Program-made: the position numbers and the translations under genes
Notes under the pieces: model-generated
What the model was told of the DNA's origin: nothing
The model's input: the letters and a program-made list of their open reading frames with translations, nothing else
Database searches by the model: none
Shown: piece after piece, positions 43,825-55,094 of the stretch
Numbering within the stretch: position 1 is the first letter of the stretch
How the letters are laid out: each line of letters starts with the position of its first letter
Source: Prochlorococcus sp. AG-347-J20
GTDB lineage: Bacteria; Cyanobacteriota; Cyanobacteriia; PCC-6307; Cyanobiaceae
Direction: 5' to 3'
Assembly (NCBI GenBank): GCA_003281485.1
Contig: QCBW01000008.1
Location: forward strand, 2,925 to 66,924
DNA: 64,000 bases

Positions 43825-44160
43825 AATCCAATAAAATTAGTGTCTGTGGATATCAATTAAAATTAAAATTTCTTTGTTGAAAAACATTTAAAAAATAATT
43901 AATTTTGTTGAATATTTTTTTCTTTATCTAAAAAGCTTTTAATTATTCAACAATTAAAAAAATTTTTCCACTAATTTTACTTCTCCAGAATTAAGTAAGG
44001 AGGGATTCTTCATTTAGATTTCCACAGTTTCCACAGATACTACTACTATTATTAAATTTTTTTTATTATTAATATAATAAGAAAAAGAAGAGTAGATATA
44101 AGTTATTGAATTTAATTAGCGATAAAAGTATATTGAATGTGTAAAAAGTGCGAAATTGCA
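43825..44160. other. oriC: probable chromosomal replication origin (oriC)
   Basis: Longest intergenic gap in the window, directly upstream of dnaN. DnaA-box-like 9-mers at 43845-53 (-, ATATCCACA), 43875-83 (-, TTTTCAACA), 43906-14 (-) and 43944-52 (+) (TATTCAACA), 43964-72 (TTTTCCACT), 44018-26 (ATTTCCACA), 44027-35 (GTTTCCACA), followed by CTA/TTA repeats and an AT-only tract. Confidence 0.8.
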
Positions 44161-45318
44161 ATGGAGATTATTTGTAATCAAAATGAGTTAAATAATGCTA
44201 TACAATTTGTAAGCAAAGCTGTTTCTTCAAGACCAACGCATCCAATTCTTGCAAATATACTTTTAACAGCTGATCAAGGAACCAATAAAATTAGCTTGAC
44301 AGGTTTTGATCTGAATCTAGGAATTCAAACTTCTATTGACGGGACTGTTAAAAATAGTGGTGCTATTACAATACCTTCCAAACTTTTATCTGAAATAGTA
44401 AATAAATTACCTAATGAGACCCCTGTTTCTTTAGAAGTAGATGAAAACTCAGATAATATCTTAATAAAAAGTGATAGAGGTTCTTTTAATCTTAAAGGAA
44501 TACCATCAGATGATTATCCAAACTTACCATTTGTTGAAAGTGGTACTTCTTTAAATATTGAACCAAGTTCTTTTTTAAAAGCTTTGAAATCTACTATTTT
44601 TGCAAGTAGTAATGACGAATCAAAGCAGTTGCTTACAGGGGTTAATTTTAGCTTTAAACAAAACTATTTAGAATCTGCCTCTACTGATGGTCATAGGCTT
44701 GCTGTAGCATTGATTGGTAACGATGAAAATAAAAAAAATAAAGAGACCGTTTATTCAAATGAAGAAGATTTGTCAGTAACTATTCCAACAAGATCATTAA
44801 GAGAAATTGAGAAATTAGTAACTTTAAGAAGTTCAGAAAATTCAATAAAACTTTTTTATGATAAAGGTCAAGTGGTTTTTATCACTTCAAATCAAATAAT
44901 TACAACAAGAACACTTGAAGGAACCTATCCGAATTACTCACAATTAATTCCAGATAATTTTTCTAAGGTTTTGAATTTTAATACTAAAAAATTAATTGAT
45001 GCATTAGAAAGAATTGCTGTTTTAGCTGATCAGCAGAGTAGTGTTGTTAAATTCAAACTTGATAATTCAGATTTAGCTTCAATAAGTGCCGACGCACAAG
45101 ATATTGGAAATGCAAATGAATCTATACCTGTTTCTTACTCTGGAGAAAATTTTGATATCGCATTTAATGTTAGATACCTTTTAGAGGGTTTAAAAGTAAT
45201 TGCTTGTGAAAATGTACTATTGAAGTGCAATCTTGCAACTACTCCAGCTGTCTTTGTCCCAGAAGATAATCTTAATTCTTATACATATCTAGTTATGCCT
45301 GTTCAGGTTCGTTCTTAA
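44161..45318 (+). CDS. dnaN: DNA polymerase III beta clamp
   Basis: RPTHPILANI, STDGHRL, EGTYPNY, IAFNVRYL, YLVMPVQ. Start at MEIICNQ (44161). Confidence 0.97.
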   Translation: MEIICNQNELNNAIQFVSKAVSSRPTHPILANILLTADQGTNKISLTGFDLNLGIQTSIDGTVKNSGAITIPSKLLSEIVNKLPNETPVSLEVDENSDNILIKSDRGSFNLKGIPSDDYPNLPFVESGTSLNIEPSSFLKALKSTIFASSNDESKQLLTGVNFSFKQNYLESASTDGHRLAVALIGNDENKKNKETVYSNEEDLSVTIPTRSLREIEKLVTLRSSENSIKLFYDKGQVVFITSNQIITTRTLEGTYPNYSQLIPDNFSKVLNFNTKKLIDALERIAVLADQQSSVVKFKLDNSDLASISADAQDIGNANESIPVSYSGENFDIAFNVRYLLEGLKVIACENVLLKCNLATTPAVFVPEDNLNSYTYLVMPVQVRS

Positions 45319-45319
45319 G

Positions 45320-46027
45320 TTGAAATTACCTAAAGAAATCTTATTAAGTGAACTATTAAATTACAATGTTAAAGGAAATAGGGCCCTTAATTATGGAATT
45401 GGTGAAAATGTTTGGATGCATCCTCCTGTCCATAGAATTTTAGGATGGTCATCTCGTCCTTCAAATTTTGATTTAAAACGAAATGTTTGGCGATTAAATC
45501 AAATTAATCAATTAATAGATGGTGATGTTTATGTTAAAGGTGATCCAGCTATTTCGGATTTGGCAACATTAAATAGGTTTCCAACATTAATAGAAGCTAA
45601 TTTGATTAATATAAATGGCTCAAAGATTGGGGTAATAGCTGATTTTTTATTTGATATGAAGACGGGTGAAATTAAATATTATTTAGTTTCAAGATCTAAT
45701 CCAAAGATTCCAGGGTCTAGTAGATGGAAATTAAAAATTGAGAATATTAATGATCAACAACCTGGGTTAGTATTTTGTGAAAGCATATCTTTAAATGATT
45801 TATCATTAGTAAAATCAAGTATTAAAAATGATTTTTTTCAAAAAGGAAAAAAAATTATTGATAAATTTGAAGATATGAAAAATATAGCTTCAAATAAGTT
45901 AGAGAGTTGGCTTGATGAAGATGAAGATATAAACCAAAATTTAGATTTTAATCAAAAAAGTTTTTATAATGAAGATAGAATATCTAGATCTTTCAGAGAT
46001 AAAAGAGAAGATGACCCTTGGATATAA
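45320..46027 (+). CDS. PRC-barrel-like conserved protein
   Basis: VWMHPPVHRILGW and G.KIG.IADFLFD..TG.I.YYLV (PRC-barrel pattern), between dnaN and purL. Confidence 0.7.
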   Translation: MKLPKEILLSELLNYNVKGNRALNYGIGENVWMHPPVHRILGWSSRPSNFDLKRNVWRLNQINQLIDGDVYVKGDPAISDLATLNRFPTLIEANLININGSKIGVIADFLFDMKTGEIKYYLVSRSNPKIPGSSRWKLKIENINDQQPGLVFCESISLNDLSLVKSSIKNDFFQKGKKIIDKFEDMKNIASNKLESWLDEDEDINQNLDFNQKSFYNEDRISRSFRDKREDDPWI

Positions 46028-46030
46028 ATA

Positions 46031-48376
46031 ATGATAAATCCAGAAAATAATGATCTTTATGATCTTAATGAAGCACTAAAAGTTGAAAACTTAACAATTC
46101 AAGATTACGAAGAGATTTGCAAAAGATTAAGCAGAAAACCTAATAGGACCGAACTAGGGATGTTTGGCGTTATGTGGTCTGAACATTGTTGTTATAGAAA
46201 TTCAAAACCTTTATTAACTAAATTCCCCACTAAAGGAAAAAATGTTTTGGTTGGTCCTGGAGAAAATGCTGGTGTTATTGATGTTGGAAATAACCAAAAA
46301 CTTGTTTTTAAAATAGAAAGTCATAATCATCCATCTGCTATTGAACCCTTTCAAGGAGCGGCAACCGGTGTTGGTGGAATATTGAGAGATATTTTCACTA
46401 TGGGAGCGAGACCAATTGCAGTGTTAAATTCATTGAGATTTGGAAATCTTAATAATCCATCAAATATTGATTTGCTTAGAGGTGTTGTCTCTGGTATTGC
46501 TCACTACGGCAATTGTGTTGGTGTCCCTACTGTTGGAGGAGAAATTGACTTCGATGATAGTTATTCAGGAAATCCTCTAGTCAACGTTATGGCTTTGGGA
46601 CTTTTAGAGACAAATGAAATCGTCTGTTCCGGAGCTAATAATGTGGGATCACCAGTACTATATGTTGGTAATACTACTGGGAAAGATGGCGTTGGTGGAG
46701 CTAGTTTTGCAAGCTCTGAATTAACCACTAATTCATTAGATGATAGACCTGCTGTGCAAGTAGGTGATCCATTTATTGAGAAAAGTCTTATTGAAGCTTG
46801 TTTAGATGCTTTTAAGACAGGAGATGTAATTGCCGCTCAAGACATGGGTGCAGCAGGCTTAACGTGCAGTAGTGCAGAAATGGCAGCAAATGGAAAGTTA
46901 GGTATATCTATTAATTTGGATTTAGTTCCTTCTAGAGAGGATAATATGTCTTCATATCAATATTTATTATCTGAATCTCAAGAGAGAATGTTGTTTGTCG
47001 TAAAAAAACAAAAAATTGATTACCTTATTGATAAATTTAATAAATGGGGATTACATGCAAAAGTAATTGGTGAAGTAATAGAAAAAAATGAGGTCATTAT
47101 TTCTCATAAAAATAAAACAGTAGCAAAAATACCAACCTCTGCTTTATCTGATGATACTCCTTTTAATATTCATAATGTTATGAAAAATCCTCCTGATTTT
47201 TTGTTGAAGAAGTGGGAATGGAAAGAAAATAATTTGCCAGAAATTAATGAGGGAAAAATATTTTCATTAAAGGAAAATAAGAGTTTTTCATATTCTCAAA
47301 TTATTTTAAAACTTCTTACTATTCCCTCAATAGCATCTAAAAGATGGATTTATAAACAATATGACTATCAAGTACAATCTAATACAGTTTTTAAGCCTGG
47401 AGAATCAGATGCTGCTGTAATAAGATTAAGAGAACAAAACGAAAAAAGTAAAAGTAAAGTATTTTCTGGAGTTGCAGCTTCAGTTGACTGTAATAGTAGA
47501 TGGGTTTCTCTTGATCCTTTTAGGGGGGCAATTGCTGCAGTTGCTGAATCTGCAAGAAATGTTAGCTGCGTTGGGGCTGAACCAGTAGCGATCACAAATA
47601 ATTTAAATTTTTCTTCTCCTGAGACTGAAATAGGATATTGGCAACTCTCATCTGCATGTGATGGAATTTCTGAAGCATGTAAGGCTTTAGAAACCCCTGT
47701 AACTGGAGGAAATGTTTCTCTTTATAATGAATCAAAAAATAAAAATAATGAAATTACTCCTATAAAACCTACTCCAGTCATTGGAATGGTAGGGAAGATA
47801 GATAATATTAAAAAAGCTATAAGTAGCGGATGGAAAAATTTTAATGATCAAATTTGGTTAATTGGTTCTAATAAATCAGAAACAACTATTTCAGCTAGCT
47901 CTTATTTAGAATATTTTCATGGAGAAATTAAGGGTCGTCCTCCAAAAATTGATTTGTATGACGAAAAGTCTTGTCAGAGTTTTTTAAGAAGTGCGATTAC
48001 ACAAGATTTTATAGTTTCTTCACATGATATTAGTGATGGCGGTTTAGCTATAGCTTTAGCAGAGTGTTGCATTTTATCTGCAAAAGGTGCCACGATAGAA
48101 TTGCAAAAAGGCCTTAAAAGAAATGATAATTTATTGTTCGCAGAAGGAGGCTCTAGGATTATTTTCTCAATAGATAAAATGAAAGAAAAAGAATGGCTCG
48201 ATTATCTAAAAAAAAGTCAAATAAATTCTAAATCGAGTTTATTTGTAAAAAAATTAGGATATGTTTCAAGTCAAAGTCTTAAAATACAAATTCAAGATAA
48301 CAATATCTGCAACATTAGGGTTGAGGAATTAACCGAAAAATTTAATAATAGTATTTCAGACCACTTATCTATATGA
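46031..48376 (+). CDS. purL: phosphoribosylformylglycinamidine synthase subunit PurL
   Basis: MWSEHCCY, ESHNHPS, GAATGVGGILRD, QDMGAAG, SESQERM, GGNVSLYN, HDISDGG. Confidence 0.97.
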   Translation: MINPENNDLYDLNEALKVENLTIQDYEEICKRLSRKPNRTELGMFGVMWSEHCCYRNSKPLLTKFPTKGKNVLVGPGENAGVIDVGNNQKLVFKIESHNHPSAIEPFQGAATGVGGILRDIFTMGARPIAVLNSLRFGNLNNPSNIDLLRGVVSGIAHYGNCVGVPTVGGEIDFDDSYSGNPLVNVMALGLLETNEIVCSGANNVGSPVLYVGNTTGKDGVGGASFASSELTTNSLDDRPAVQVGDPFIEKSLIEACLDAFKTGDVIAAQDMGAAGLTCSSAEMAANGKLGISINLDLVPSREDNMSSYQYLLSESQERMLFVVKKQKIDYLIDKFNKWGLHAKVIGEVIEKNEVIISHKNKTVAKIPTSALSDDTPFNIHNVMKNPPDFLLKKWEWKENNLPEINEGKIFSLKENKSFSYSQIILKLLTIPSIASKRWIYKQYDYQVQSNTVFKPGESDAAVIRLREQNEKSKSKVFSGVAASVDCNSRWVSLDPFRGAIAAVAESARNVSCVGAEPVAITNNLNFSSPETEIGYWQLSSACDGISEACKALETPVTGGNVSLYNESKNKNNEITPIKPTPVIGMVGKIDNIKKAISSGWKNFNDQIWLIGSNKSETTISASSYLEYFHGEIKGRPPKIDLYDEKSCQSFLRSAITQDFIVSSHDISDGGLAIALAECCILSAKGATIELQKGLKRNDNLLFAEGGSRIIFSIDKMKEKEWLDYLKKSQINSKSSLFVKKLGYVSSQSLKIQIQDNNICNIRVEELTEKFNNSISDHLSI

Positions 48377-48417
48377 AACACATTTCTCAAATATCAAAAT
48401 TTTTAAGAAATTAAGTT

Positions 48418-49878
48418 ATGTGTGGAATAGTTGGAATCGTTTCTTCAGATGATGTAAATCAGCAAATTTACGATAGTCTCTTGCTTTTACAGCATAGAGG
48501 TCAGGACTCAACAGGTATAGCTACAATGGAAAATACTATTTTCCATATACATAAGGCTAAAGGTCAGGTTAATACTGCTTATAGAACAAGAGATATGAGG
48601 AATTTAATCGGTAAGATTGGATTAGGTCATGTCAGGTATGCGACAAAGGGATCAGCAGAAAGTGTTGAAGAAGCTCAGCCTTTTTATGTTAATGCTCCTT
48701 ATGGAATTGTTTTGATACATAATGGTAATTTGACAAATACTAGAGATTTAGAAAAACAATTATTTAATGTTGATAAGCGTCATACAAATTCTTCAAGTGA
48801 TACTGAAATGCTATTAAATATATTTGCGACAGAGTTGCAAGAACAAATTCATAATCAAGAATTAGAACCAGATATTATTTTTGATGCCGTTAAATCTTTA
48901 CATAAAAGAATTCAGGGATCATACGCTTCAATAGCATTAATTTCAGGACATGGTTTATTAGCATTCAGAGATCCCTTTGGCATAAGACCTTTAGTGATAG
49001 GAAAAAGACTTTCATCAATTACAAAAAAAGAAGAGTGGATGGTTGCCAGTGAATCCTTAGTTCTAGAAAATAATGATTATCAAGTAGTTAGAGATGTAGA
49101 TCCTGGAGAAGCTATTTTTATTAATTTAAATGGCGAATTTTTCTCAAAGCAATGTTCAGAAAATCCAATTTTATGTCCATGTGCTTTTGAATATGTTTAT
49201 TTAGCTAGACCAGATTCAATTATGAATGGAATTTCAGTTTATAAAGCTCGTTTAAAAATGGGAGATTATTTATCTGAAACTATTAAAGAGACTATTAATT
49301 CTGGAGATATTGATGTAGTAATGCCTATTCCTGATTCTTCTCGTCCTGCGGCTATGCAAGTTGCAAGACAGTTAGGTATCGAATACAGAGAAGGGTTTTT
49401 TAAAAATAGATATGTTGGTAGAACTTTCATAATGCCTGGCCAGCAAAAACGCAAGAAATCAGTCAGACAAAAATTAAATGCAATGAGTGCTGAGTTTAAA
49501 AATAAAAATGTATTAATCGTAGATGATTCTATAGTGAGAGGAACTACTTCAAAAGAAATTGTCCAGATGGCTAAAGATGCAGGAGCAAATAAAGTTTTCT
49601 TTACATCAGCAGCTCCTCCTGTTCGTTTTCCTCATGTTTACGGAATTAATATGCCTAATAGAGATGAACTAATAGCACATGATAAAACAATCAGTGAAAT
49701 TGCCGATCAACTTGATATCGATAATCTCGTTTATCAAAGTGTTGAAAATCTACGCAAATCTATAATAAGCGATTCTCCTATTAAAGATTTAGAAATGAGC
49801 TGTTTTACTGGTTCTTACGTAACTGGAACAGTAAATCAGGAGTATCTAAATTGGGTCGAAGATGAATATAAATCTTAA
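48418..49878 (+). CDS. purF: amidophosphoribosyltransferase
   Basis: N-terminal MCGIVG nucleophile, [30 protein letters not shown] loop. Confidence 0.97.
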   Translation: MCGIVGIVSSDDVNQQIYDSLLLLQHRGQDSTGIATMENTIFHIHKAKGQVNTAYRTRDMRNLIGKIGLGHVRYATKGSAESVEEAQPFYVNAPYGIVLIHNGNLTNTRDLEKQLFNVDKRHTNSSSDTEMLLNIFATELQEQIHNQELEPDIIFDAVKSLHKRIQGSYASIALISGHGLLAFRDPFGIRPLVIGKRLSSITKKEEWMVASESLVLENNDYQVVRDVDPGEAIFINLNGEFFSKQCSENPILCPCAFEYVYLARPDSIMNGISVYKARLKMGDYLSETIKETINSGDIDVVMPIPDSSRPAAMQVARQLGIEYREGFFKNRYVGRTFIMPGQQKRKKSVRQKLNAMSAEFKNKNVLIVDDSIVRGTTSKEIVQMAKDAGANKVFFTSAAPPVRFPHVYGINMPNRDELIAHDKTISEIADQLDIDNLVYQSVENLRKSIISDSPIKDLEMSCFTGSYVTGTVNQEYLNWVEDEYKS

Positions 49879-52316
49879 TTCATAAATTTTTTTATTTTAA
49901 AACAGTTTTCAATATGTTCATTTTCATTTAATTTTAAAGAGTCAATTAAAAAATTTGTTTTGTTATTTTTGAACTCTAATTTATTAAAATCTAACCTAGC
50001 TGATTTATTTTTATTAGTTTCAATATCAAGGTAATGATTACTAGGCAAAACCTTTAGAAAGTAATCATTTTTAAGTTGTGTTTTTTCGTTTAAATATCCT
50101 AAGCTATATTCATTTGCGAAATAAATTTCATTATTTTTTATGCAAAAGATTTTTCCTTGCTTGGAAATTAAATAAATATTTTCTTCATTTTGACAAGGAC
50201 AACATGAAACAATCTTTTCAGTTGGGAAAAGTTTTGTAAGCACTAACCCTTGAGATTGTTTAGTAGTAGGAGCTACAAATTTATTTGATAAATTGAATTT
50301 CAATATTCTTCCTATTGAGGTTAATATTATTAAATTTTTTTCTTCATCTAAAACAAAGGAATCAATAGTTTTAATATTATTTTTTAATTTCGTTATTGAG
50401 AAAGATCTATTACTTTTAAACATATCCTCGTCAAATAAAACTTTTTTAAATTTTCCATCTGAATTTAGGATACATAAATAATTTTTAACTTCTTTTTTTA
50501 TTGAATGAAAATTAATTATTTCATTTGGATCAATATTTCCAAAGATTCTATTGTCTAATTTATAGTCATTACTTATGTTTGATTTCCAATCAATATTAAT
50601 AACTTTTCCAGTATGAGTTATTCCAATTATTTTTAAATTTTTATCAATATCACAAATAAATTTTAGAATATTTTTATTATCTATTATTTTATTTGCATCT
50701 TCAAAAGATTTTTTATAGTTATTTAAAATCATTTTCTTTAGGTATAGTCTATTATCTATACATAATTTAGTTTTTTTGTTGATAAGGTCTACTAATATCT
50801 GACTATTTATTACCTGTAGTTCTTCATTTTCATTTATATTTTTAAGTAGTTTAGTTTTTCTTTTAATATTATATTTTTTCTTTAATATTAGTAATTCTTC
50901 TACTAGTAACTTAAGTAGTAGTTTTCTTTCATTTAATAATTTCTGAAAATAATCCTTTTCTTCTTGCAATTTTTTAATATCGTCGTTTACTTGATTTCTT
51001 TCTAAATTAGTTAATTTTTTAAGTGGCATTTCTAAAACTGAATTTGACTGTTTTTCACTTAGAAAGAATTTTGCAATTAATTTCGATTTAGCTTCTGCTG
51101 AATTCTCTGAGTTTTCGATAATTTCAATAACTTTTTTTATATCTCTTGTCGCTCTGGATAAACCTTCATATATTTCAAGTTTTTCAACTGTATTTTTTAG
51201 AAAATAATTAGTTCTTTTTCTAATTGTTTCTTCCCTAAATTTAAGAAAATAATTAAGATATTCTTTTAGGTTTAGTTGGATAGGCTTGCCGTTAATTAAA
51301 GCTAAAAAAATTGCACCAAAGTTTGTTTGGAGAGATGTTTTTTTATATAAATTAGAAGTTACAAGTTCCGCATTCGAATCTTTTTTTAACTCTATTACAA
51401 TTCTCATTCCATCTCTATCGCTTTCATCTCTTATATCAGAGATCCCATTAATTTTGCTTGAATTAACAAGTTCTGCCAGCTTTTCGATCCAACCTGCCTT
51501 ACTAATTTGATAAGGAAGTTCTGTAATGATTAATGCATTTTTTTTATGTTTTCCTTTGCCTAAATTTATTTCTTCATTCTTTATTACTCCCCTTATTGTT
51601 ATTGATCCTTTTCCTGTTTTGTAAAGCTCTTCTATTGCTTGACTATAAATTAATTCTCCTCCTGTGGGAAAATCAGGTCCTTTAATAATATTTGAAAGTT
51701 TTTTATCGCTTACTTCTTTATTTTCAACTAAAGCAATTAAACCATCTACTATTTCCCCTAGGTTGTGAGGGGGAATATTTGTTGCCATTCCAACAGCTAT
51801 ACCTGATGATCCATTTAATAATAAAAATGGAAGTTGAGCTGGTAAAACTTCTGGTTCTTTTTGTGAACCGTCAAAGTTATTTGAGAAATTTACTGTTTCT
51901 GATCCAATCTCTTCAAGAAATCCTTTATGAGCTATGGGAGCTAATCTAGTTTCAGTATATCTCATTGCTGCAGGTGGATCATTATCAACAGATCCAAAGT
52001 TTCCATGTCCGTCCAAAGTAGGATACTTTGTTGAAAAATTTTGTACTAGTCTTACCAATGCATCATATACTGCTTGATCTCCATGAGGATGATACTTTCC
52101 AAGTACATCTCCAACAACTCTTGCGCACTTCCTGAATGGCCTATCAGGTGTCAAACCTAATTCGTACATAGCAAATAGTATTCTTCTTTGAACAGGCTTA
52201 AGACCGTCTCTTGCATCGGGAAGAGCTCGACCAACTATTACGCTCATTGCATATTCTAGATAAGAACGTTGCATTTCTTCTTGGAGAGAGATAGAAGTAA
52301 ATTTGTTCTTATCCAT
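49875..52316 (-). CDS. type IIA topoisomerase subunit A (GyrA/ParC paralogue)
   Basis: [29 protein letters not shown], catalytic [21 protein letters not shown]. Divergent C-terminus. Confidence 0.9.
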   Translation of the reverse strand: MDKNKFTSISLQEEMQRSYLEYAMSVIVGRALPDARDGLKPVQRRILFAMYELGLTPDRPFRKCARVVGDVLGKYHPHGDQAVYDALVRLVQNFSTKYPTLDGHGNFGSVDNDPPAAMRYTETRLAPIAHKGFLEEIGSETVNFSNNFDGSQKEPEVLPAQLPFLLLNGSSGIAVGMATNIPPHNLGEIVDGLIALVENKEVSDKKLSNIIKGPDFPTGGELIYSQAIEELYKTGKGSITIRGVIKNEEINLGKGKHKKNALIITELPYQISKAGWIEKLAELVNSSKINGISDIRDESDRDGMRIVIELKKDSNAELVTSNLYKKTSLQTNFGAIFLALINGKPIQLNLKEYLNYFLKFREETIRKRTNYFLKNTVEKLEIYEGLSRATRDIKKVIEIIENSENSAEAKSKLIAKFFLSEKQSNSVLEMPLKKLTNLERNQVNDDIKKLQEEKDYFQKLLNERKLLLKLLVEELLILKKKYNIKRKTKLLKNINENEELQVINSQILVDLINKKTKLCIDNRLYLKKMILNNYKKSFEDANKIIDNKNILKFICDIDKNLKIIGITHTGKVINIDWKSNISNDYKLDNRIFGNIDPNEIINFHSIKKEVKNYLCILNSDGKFKKVLFDEDMFKSNRSFSITKLKNNIKTIDSFVLDEEKNLIILTSIGRILKFNLSNKFVAPTTKQSQGLVLTKLFPTEKIVSCCPCQNEENIYLISKQGKIFCIKNNEIYFANEYSLGYLNEKTQLKNDYFLKVLPSNHYLDIETNKNKSARLDFNKLEFKNNKTNFLIDSLKLNENEHIENCFKIKKFMN

Positions 52317-52393
52317 CTGAGTTTAAAATTAAATATTTATTGATTAATTAAATTAAGACTAATAGGTAAACAAATATTTTCCAGTATTGAAAA

Positions 52394-53257
52394 TCAAGAA
52401 GATCCATTTATTTTGGATTTTGCTAATATTACATCTGTTTGAAGTTGATCATTTTGTAACAGAATTTCGGTTGAGGTTTGTAATTTTTCACCCCATAACT
52501 GTTCTTTTCTATAATCATAATTAACATAGTTAGGATCTTTATTTAAAGCCTCTTTTGCGAGTTCAATTGCTAATTTAATATTTTTCGATCTTAAACATGA
52601 AGCAAGACCTAGTAATGGTTCAGCATTTTTTTGAATTGAGCTTGCTTGTTCAAAAAGTTTTATTGATAGATTTATTTTGTTTTTCTCGAAATAAACTAAA
52701 CCTTTATTATTTATTGCTTGCCAGAAATCAGGTTTAATTTCTAAAGATTTATTAAATAATTTGATTGCCTCTGAATAATTTTTTTCCATTAAATATATAT
52801 TTCCTAATTGAAAAATAGCTTTATAGTTATTTGGATCGATTTTTAATCCACCTTCTAAAGCTTTTTTAGCATTTTGAAATTCTACAATTTTTAAGTAAAT
52901 GTTACTTTTAGCAAAGTATATTTCGCTTATATTTGGATTAATTTTTTCTGCTTTATTTAAAGAATTTAATGCTTTTCTATATAATTTGTTAGCTAACTGT
53001 GTTTCAGCCAAAATTAACCATAGTTTTTCATTTGAATTATTAATTTTTACAGCTAATTTTGCTACGTTAAGGCTTTCTTCAAATTGACCAAAATATAAAA
53101 GTTCATAAGCATTTTTCCCAATAGATAAACTATCATTTTCTAAATTTTTAATTGTTGGAAAATAATAATAGGGTACTAGTGATTGAAGCTGTTCTACTTT
53201 TAAAAAGTAAAAACTGATTAAAGAAACACATATTATTGTTTTAAAAAACTTTTTCAT
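52394..53257 (-). CDS. tetratricopeptide repeat protein with N-terminal signal/anchor
   Basis: Repeated TPR-like helices ending in (I/L)(N/D/K)P, and a hydrophobic N-terminus. Confidence 0.8.
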   Translation of the reverse strand: MKKFFKTIICVSLISFYFLKVEQLQSLVPYYYFPTIKNLENDSLSIGKNAYELLYFGQFEESLNVAKLAVKINNSNEKLWLILAETQLANKLYRKALNSLNKAEKINPNISEIYFAKSNIYLKIVEFQNAKKALEGGLKIDPNNYKAIFQLGNIYLMEKNYSEAIKLFNKSLEIKPDFWQAINNKGLVYFEKNKINLSIKLFEQASSIQKNAEPLLGLASCLRSKNIKLAIELAKEALNKDPNYVNYDYRKEQLWGEKLQTSTEILLQNDQLQTDVILAKSKINGSS

Positions 53258-53261
53258 ATAC

Positions 53262-54209
53262 TTATTTATTACTCAGATTAGCTCTGATATTTCTTCTCCA
53301 CATCCAAGGTTTGACTCTTTTCAATGTAGTACCTTTTAGCTTTTCTTCCCAAGTTTTATCATCCCAACTTAATGATTCAATATTTAGATTTTTAATCCAT
53401 TCTTTTGGAGTATTTTCAAAATTATCATTTAATGGCACTGATTTATTCCAAGGACATACATCTTGACAAATATCACATCCTGCAACCCATCCATTTAAAT
53501 TTTTTTCTATCTCTTTTGGAATTTTTTTTTCTCTACTTTCTATTGTGTGATACGCAATACAAAGGTTTGATTGTATTACAAAAGGTTCAATGATCGCCTT
53601 TGTGGGACAAAACTCAATACACTTATTACACTTTCCGCAAAGTGATGGATGAGGTTTATCAGGTTCTAGATCTTTTGTAAGAATTATGAAACCTAACGTA
53701 AACCAAGAACCGTTTTTCTTGCTAATTAAATTGCTATTTTTACCTATCCAACCAAGGCCAGATTCTTCAGCCCATGCTTTTTCAAGAAGTGGCGAAGTGT
53801 CAACACATATTTTCCATTTGCAATCTGAAATTTCTTGATTGATCCATCTACCAATATTCTTTAATTTTTTGTAAATGACTTTGTGATAATCCTCACCTTG
53901 ACCAAATTTTCCCACTTTGAAGATTTTATCTTGGCAGTTGTTTTCTGAACTAATATAAGCAAATCCAACGCTTAAGACACTTTTTGCACCTTCAAGAAGT
54001 GAGCTTATATTTTTCCTTTTTTCTGCTTCCATCCATTTCATTTCACCATGGTAGTTATTTGATAACCATCTATTTAATGCTTTGGTTCTTAATTCTAGAC
54101 GCGAACTGCCTGGAATTGAAGCAATACCACATATAGTAAAACCTTCAAAAATTGCTCTTTCTTTTAACTTTCTGCTTATTTCTTTTTTGTTGTTTTGGGA
54201 ATTATCCAT
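53262..54209 (-). CDS. queG: epoxyqueuosine reductase
   Basis: DYH, VDTSPLLEK, GLGWIGKN, CGKCNKCIEFCPT, GCDICQDVCPWN. Confidence 0.92.
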   Translation of the reverse strand: MDNSQNNKKEISRKLKERAIFEGFTICGIASIPGSSRLELRTKALNRWLSNNYHGEMKWMEAEKRKNISSLLEGAKSVLSVGFAYISSENNCQDKIFKVGKFGQGEDYHKVIYKKLKNIGRWINQEISDCKWKICVDTSPLLEKAWAEESGLGWIGKNSNLISKKNGSWFTLGFIILTKDLEPDKPHPSLCGKCNKCIEFCPTKAIIEPFVIQSNLCIAYHTIESREKKIPKEIEKNLNGWVAGCDICQDVCPWNKSVPLNDNFENTPKEWIKNLNIESLSWDDKTWEEKLKGTTLKRVKPWMWRRNIRANLSNK

Positions 54210-54356
54210 TGCTTATATTATGTATAAATTTTACTTTTAAAAAATTTTTTAGTTAAGAAACTAATAAATAATCTTAATTTATTAAAAAAAAATCTATCCT
54301 AACCAAGTTAAAACAGTTAATTTATTAGTAAAGTTAATATAGTTAGAGAAATTATT

Positions 54357-55091
54357 TTGGTTGAATCTAATCAAAATCAAGATTCGAACCTAGGATCTAG
54401 GCTTCAACAGGATCTAAAAAATGATCTTATAGCTGGATTATTAGTTGTAATTCCATTGGCGACAACTATATGGCTTTCATCATTAGTTAGTAAATTTGTC
54501 TTATCTTTAGTTACTTCTGTCCCTAAGCAATTAAATCCATTTATAACTCTCAATCCTTTATTACAAGATTTAATTAATCTTACTTTGGGACTAACTGTTC
54601 CTTTATTAGCAATTTTGCTTATAGGATTAATGGCAAGAAATTTTGTTGGAAGATGGTTATTAGAATTTGGAGAAGGAACTTTATCAAAAATTCCTGTAGC
54701 AGGAGCAGTTTATAAAACTCTTAAACAGTTGCTTGAAACTTTTTTAAGTAATAAATCAAATCGATTTAGAAGAGTTGTTCTTGTTGAATATCCAAGAGAA
54801 GGACTTTATAGCGTAGGATTTGTAACTGGTGATGTTGGTCCCACACTGCAGCCAGAATTGGAAGAAAAGCTTTTAAGTGTTTTTATACCTACAGCACCAA
54901 ACCCTACAACTGGGTGGTATACATTGGTTCCTGAATCTTCTGTTAAGGAGTTGGATATTTCTGTTGAAGATGCCTTTAGAACGATAATTTCAGCTGGGAT
55001 AGTAAATCCTGATGAGAAAAACAATACTACAAATCCATCTTTCTCAAAATTATTTTCTCAATTACGTGCTTCTACCAATACTTCCTCTTAA
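54357..55091 (+). CDS. DUF502 membrane protein
   Basis: AGLLVVIPL..T, IP....VY..LKQ, VLVEYPR.G, VFIPT.PNPTTG. Confidence 0.85.
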   Translation: MVESNQNQDSNLGSRLQQDLKNDLIAGLLVVIPLATTIWLSSLVSKFVLSLVTSVPKQLNPFITLNPLLQDLINLTLGLTVPLLAILLIGLMARNFVGRWLLEFGEGTLSKIPVAGAVYKTLKQLLETFLSNKSNRFRRVVLVEYPREGLYSVGFVTGDVGPTLQPELEEKLLSVFIPTAPNPTTGWYTLVPESSVKELDISVEDAFRTIISAGIVNPDEKNNTTNPSFSKLFSQLRASTNTSS

Positions 55092-55094
55092 TAG

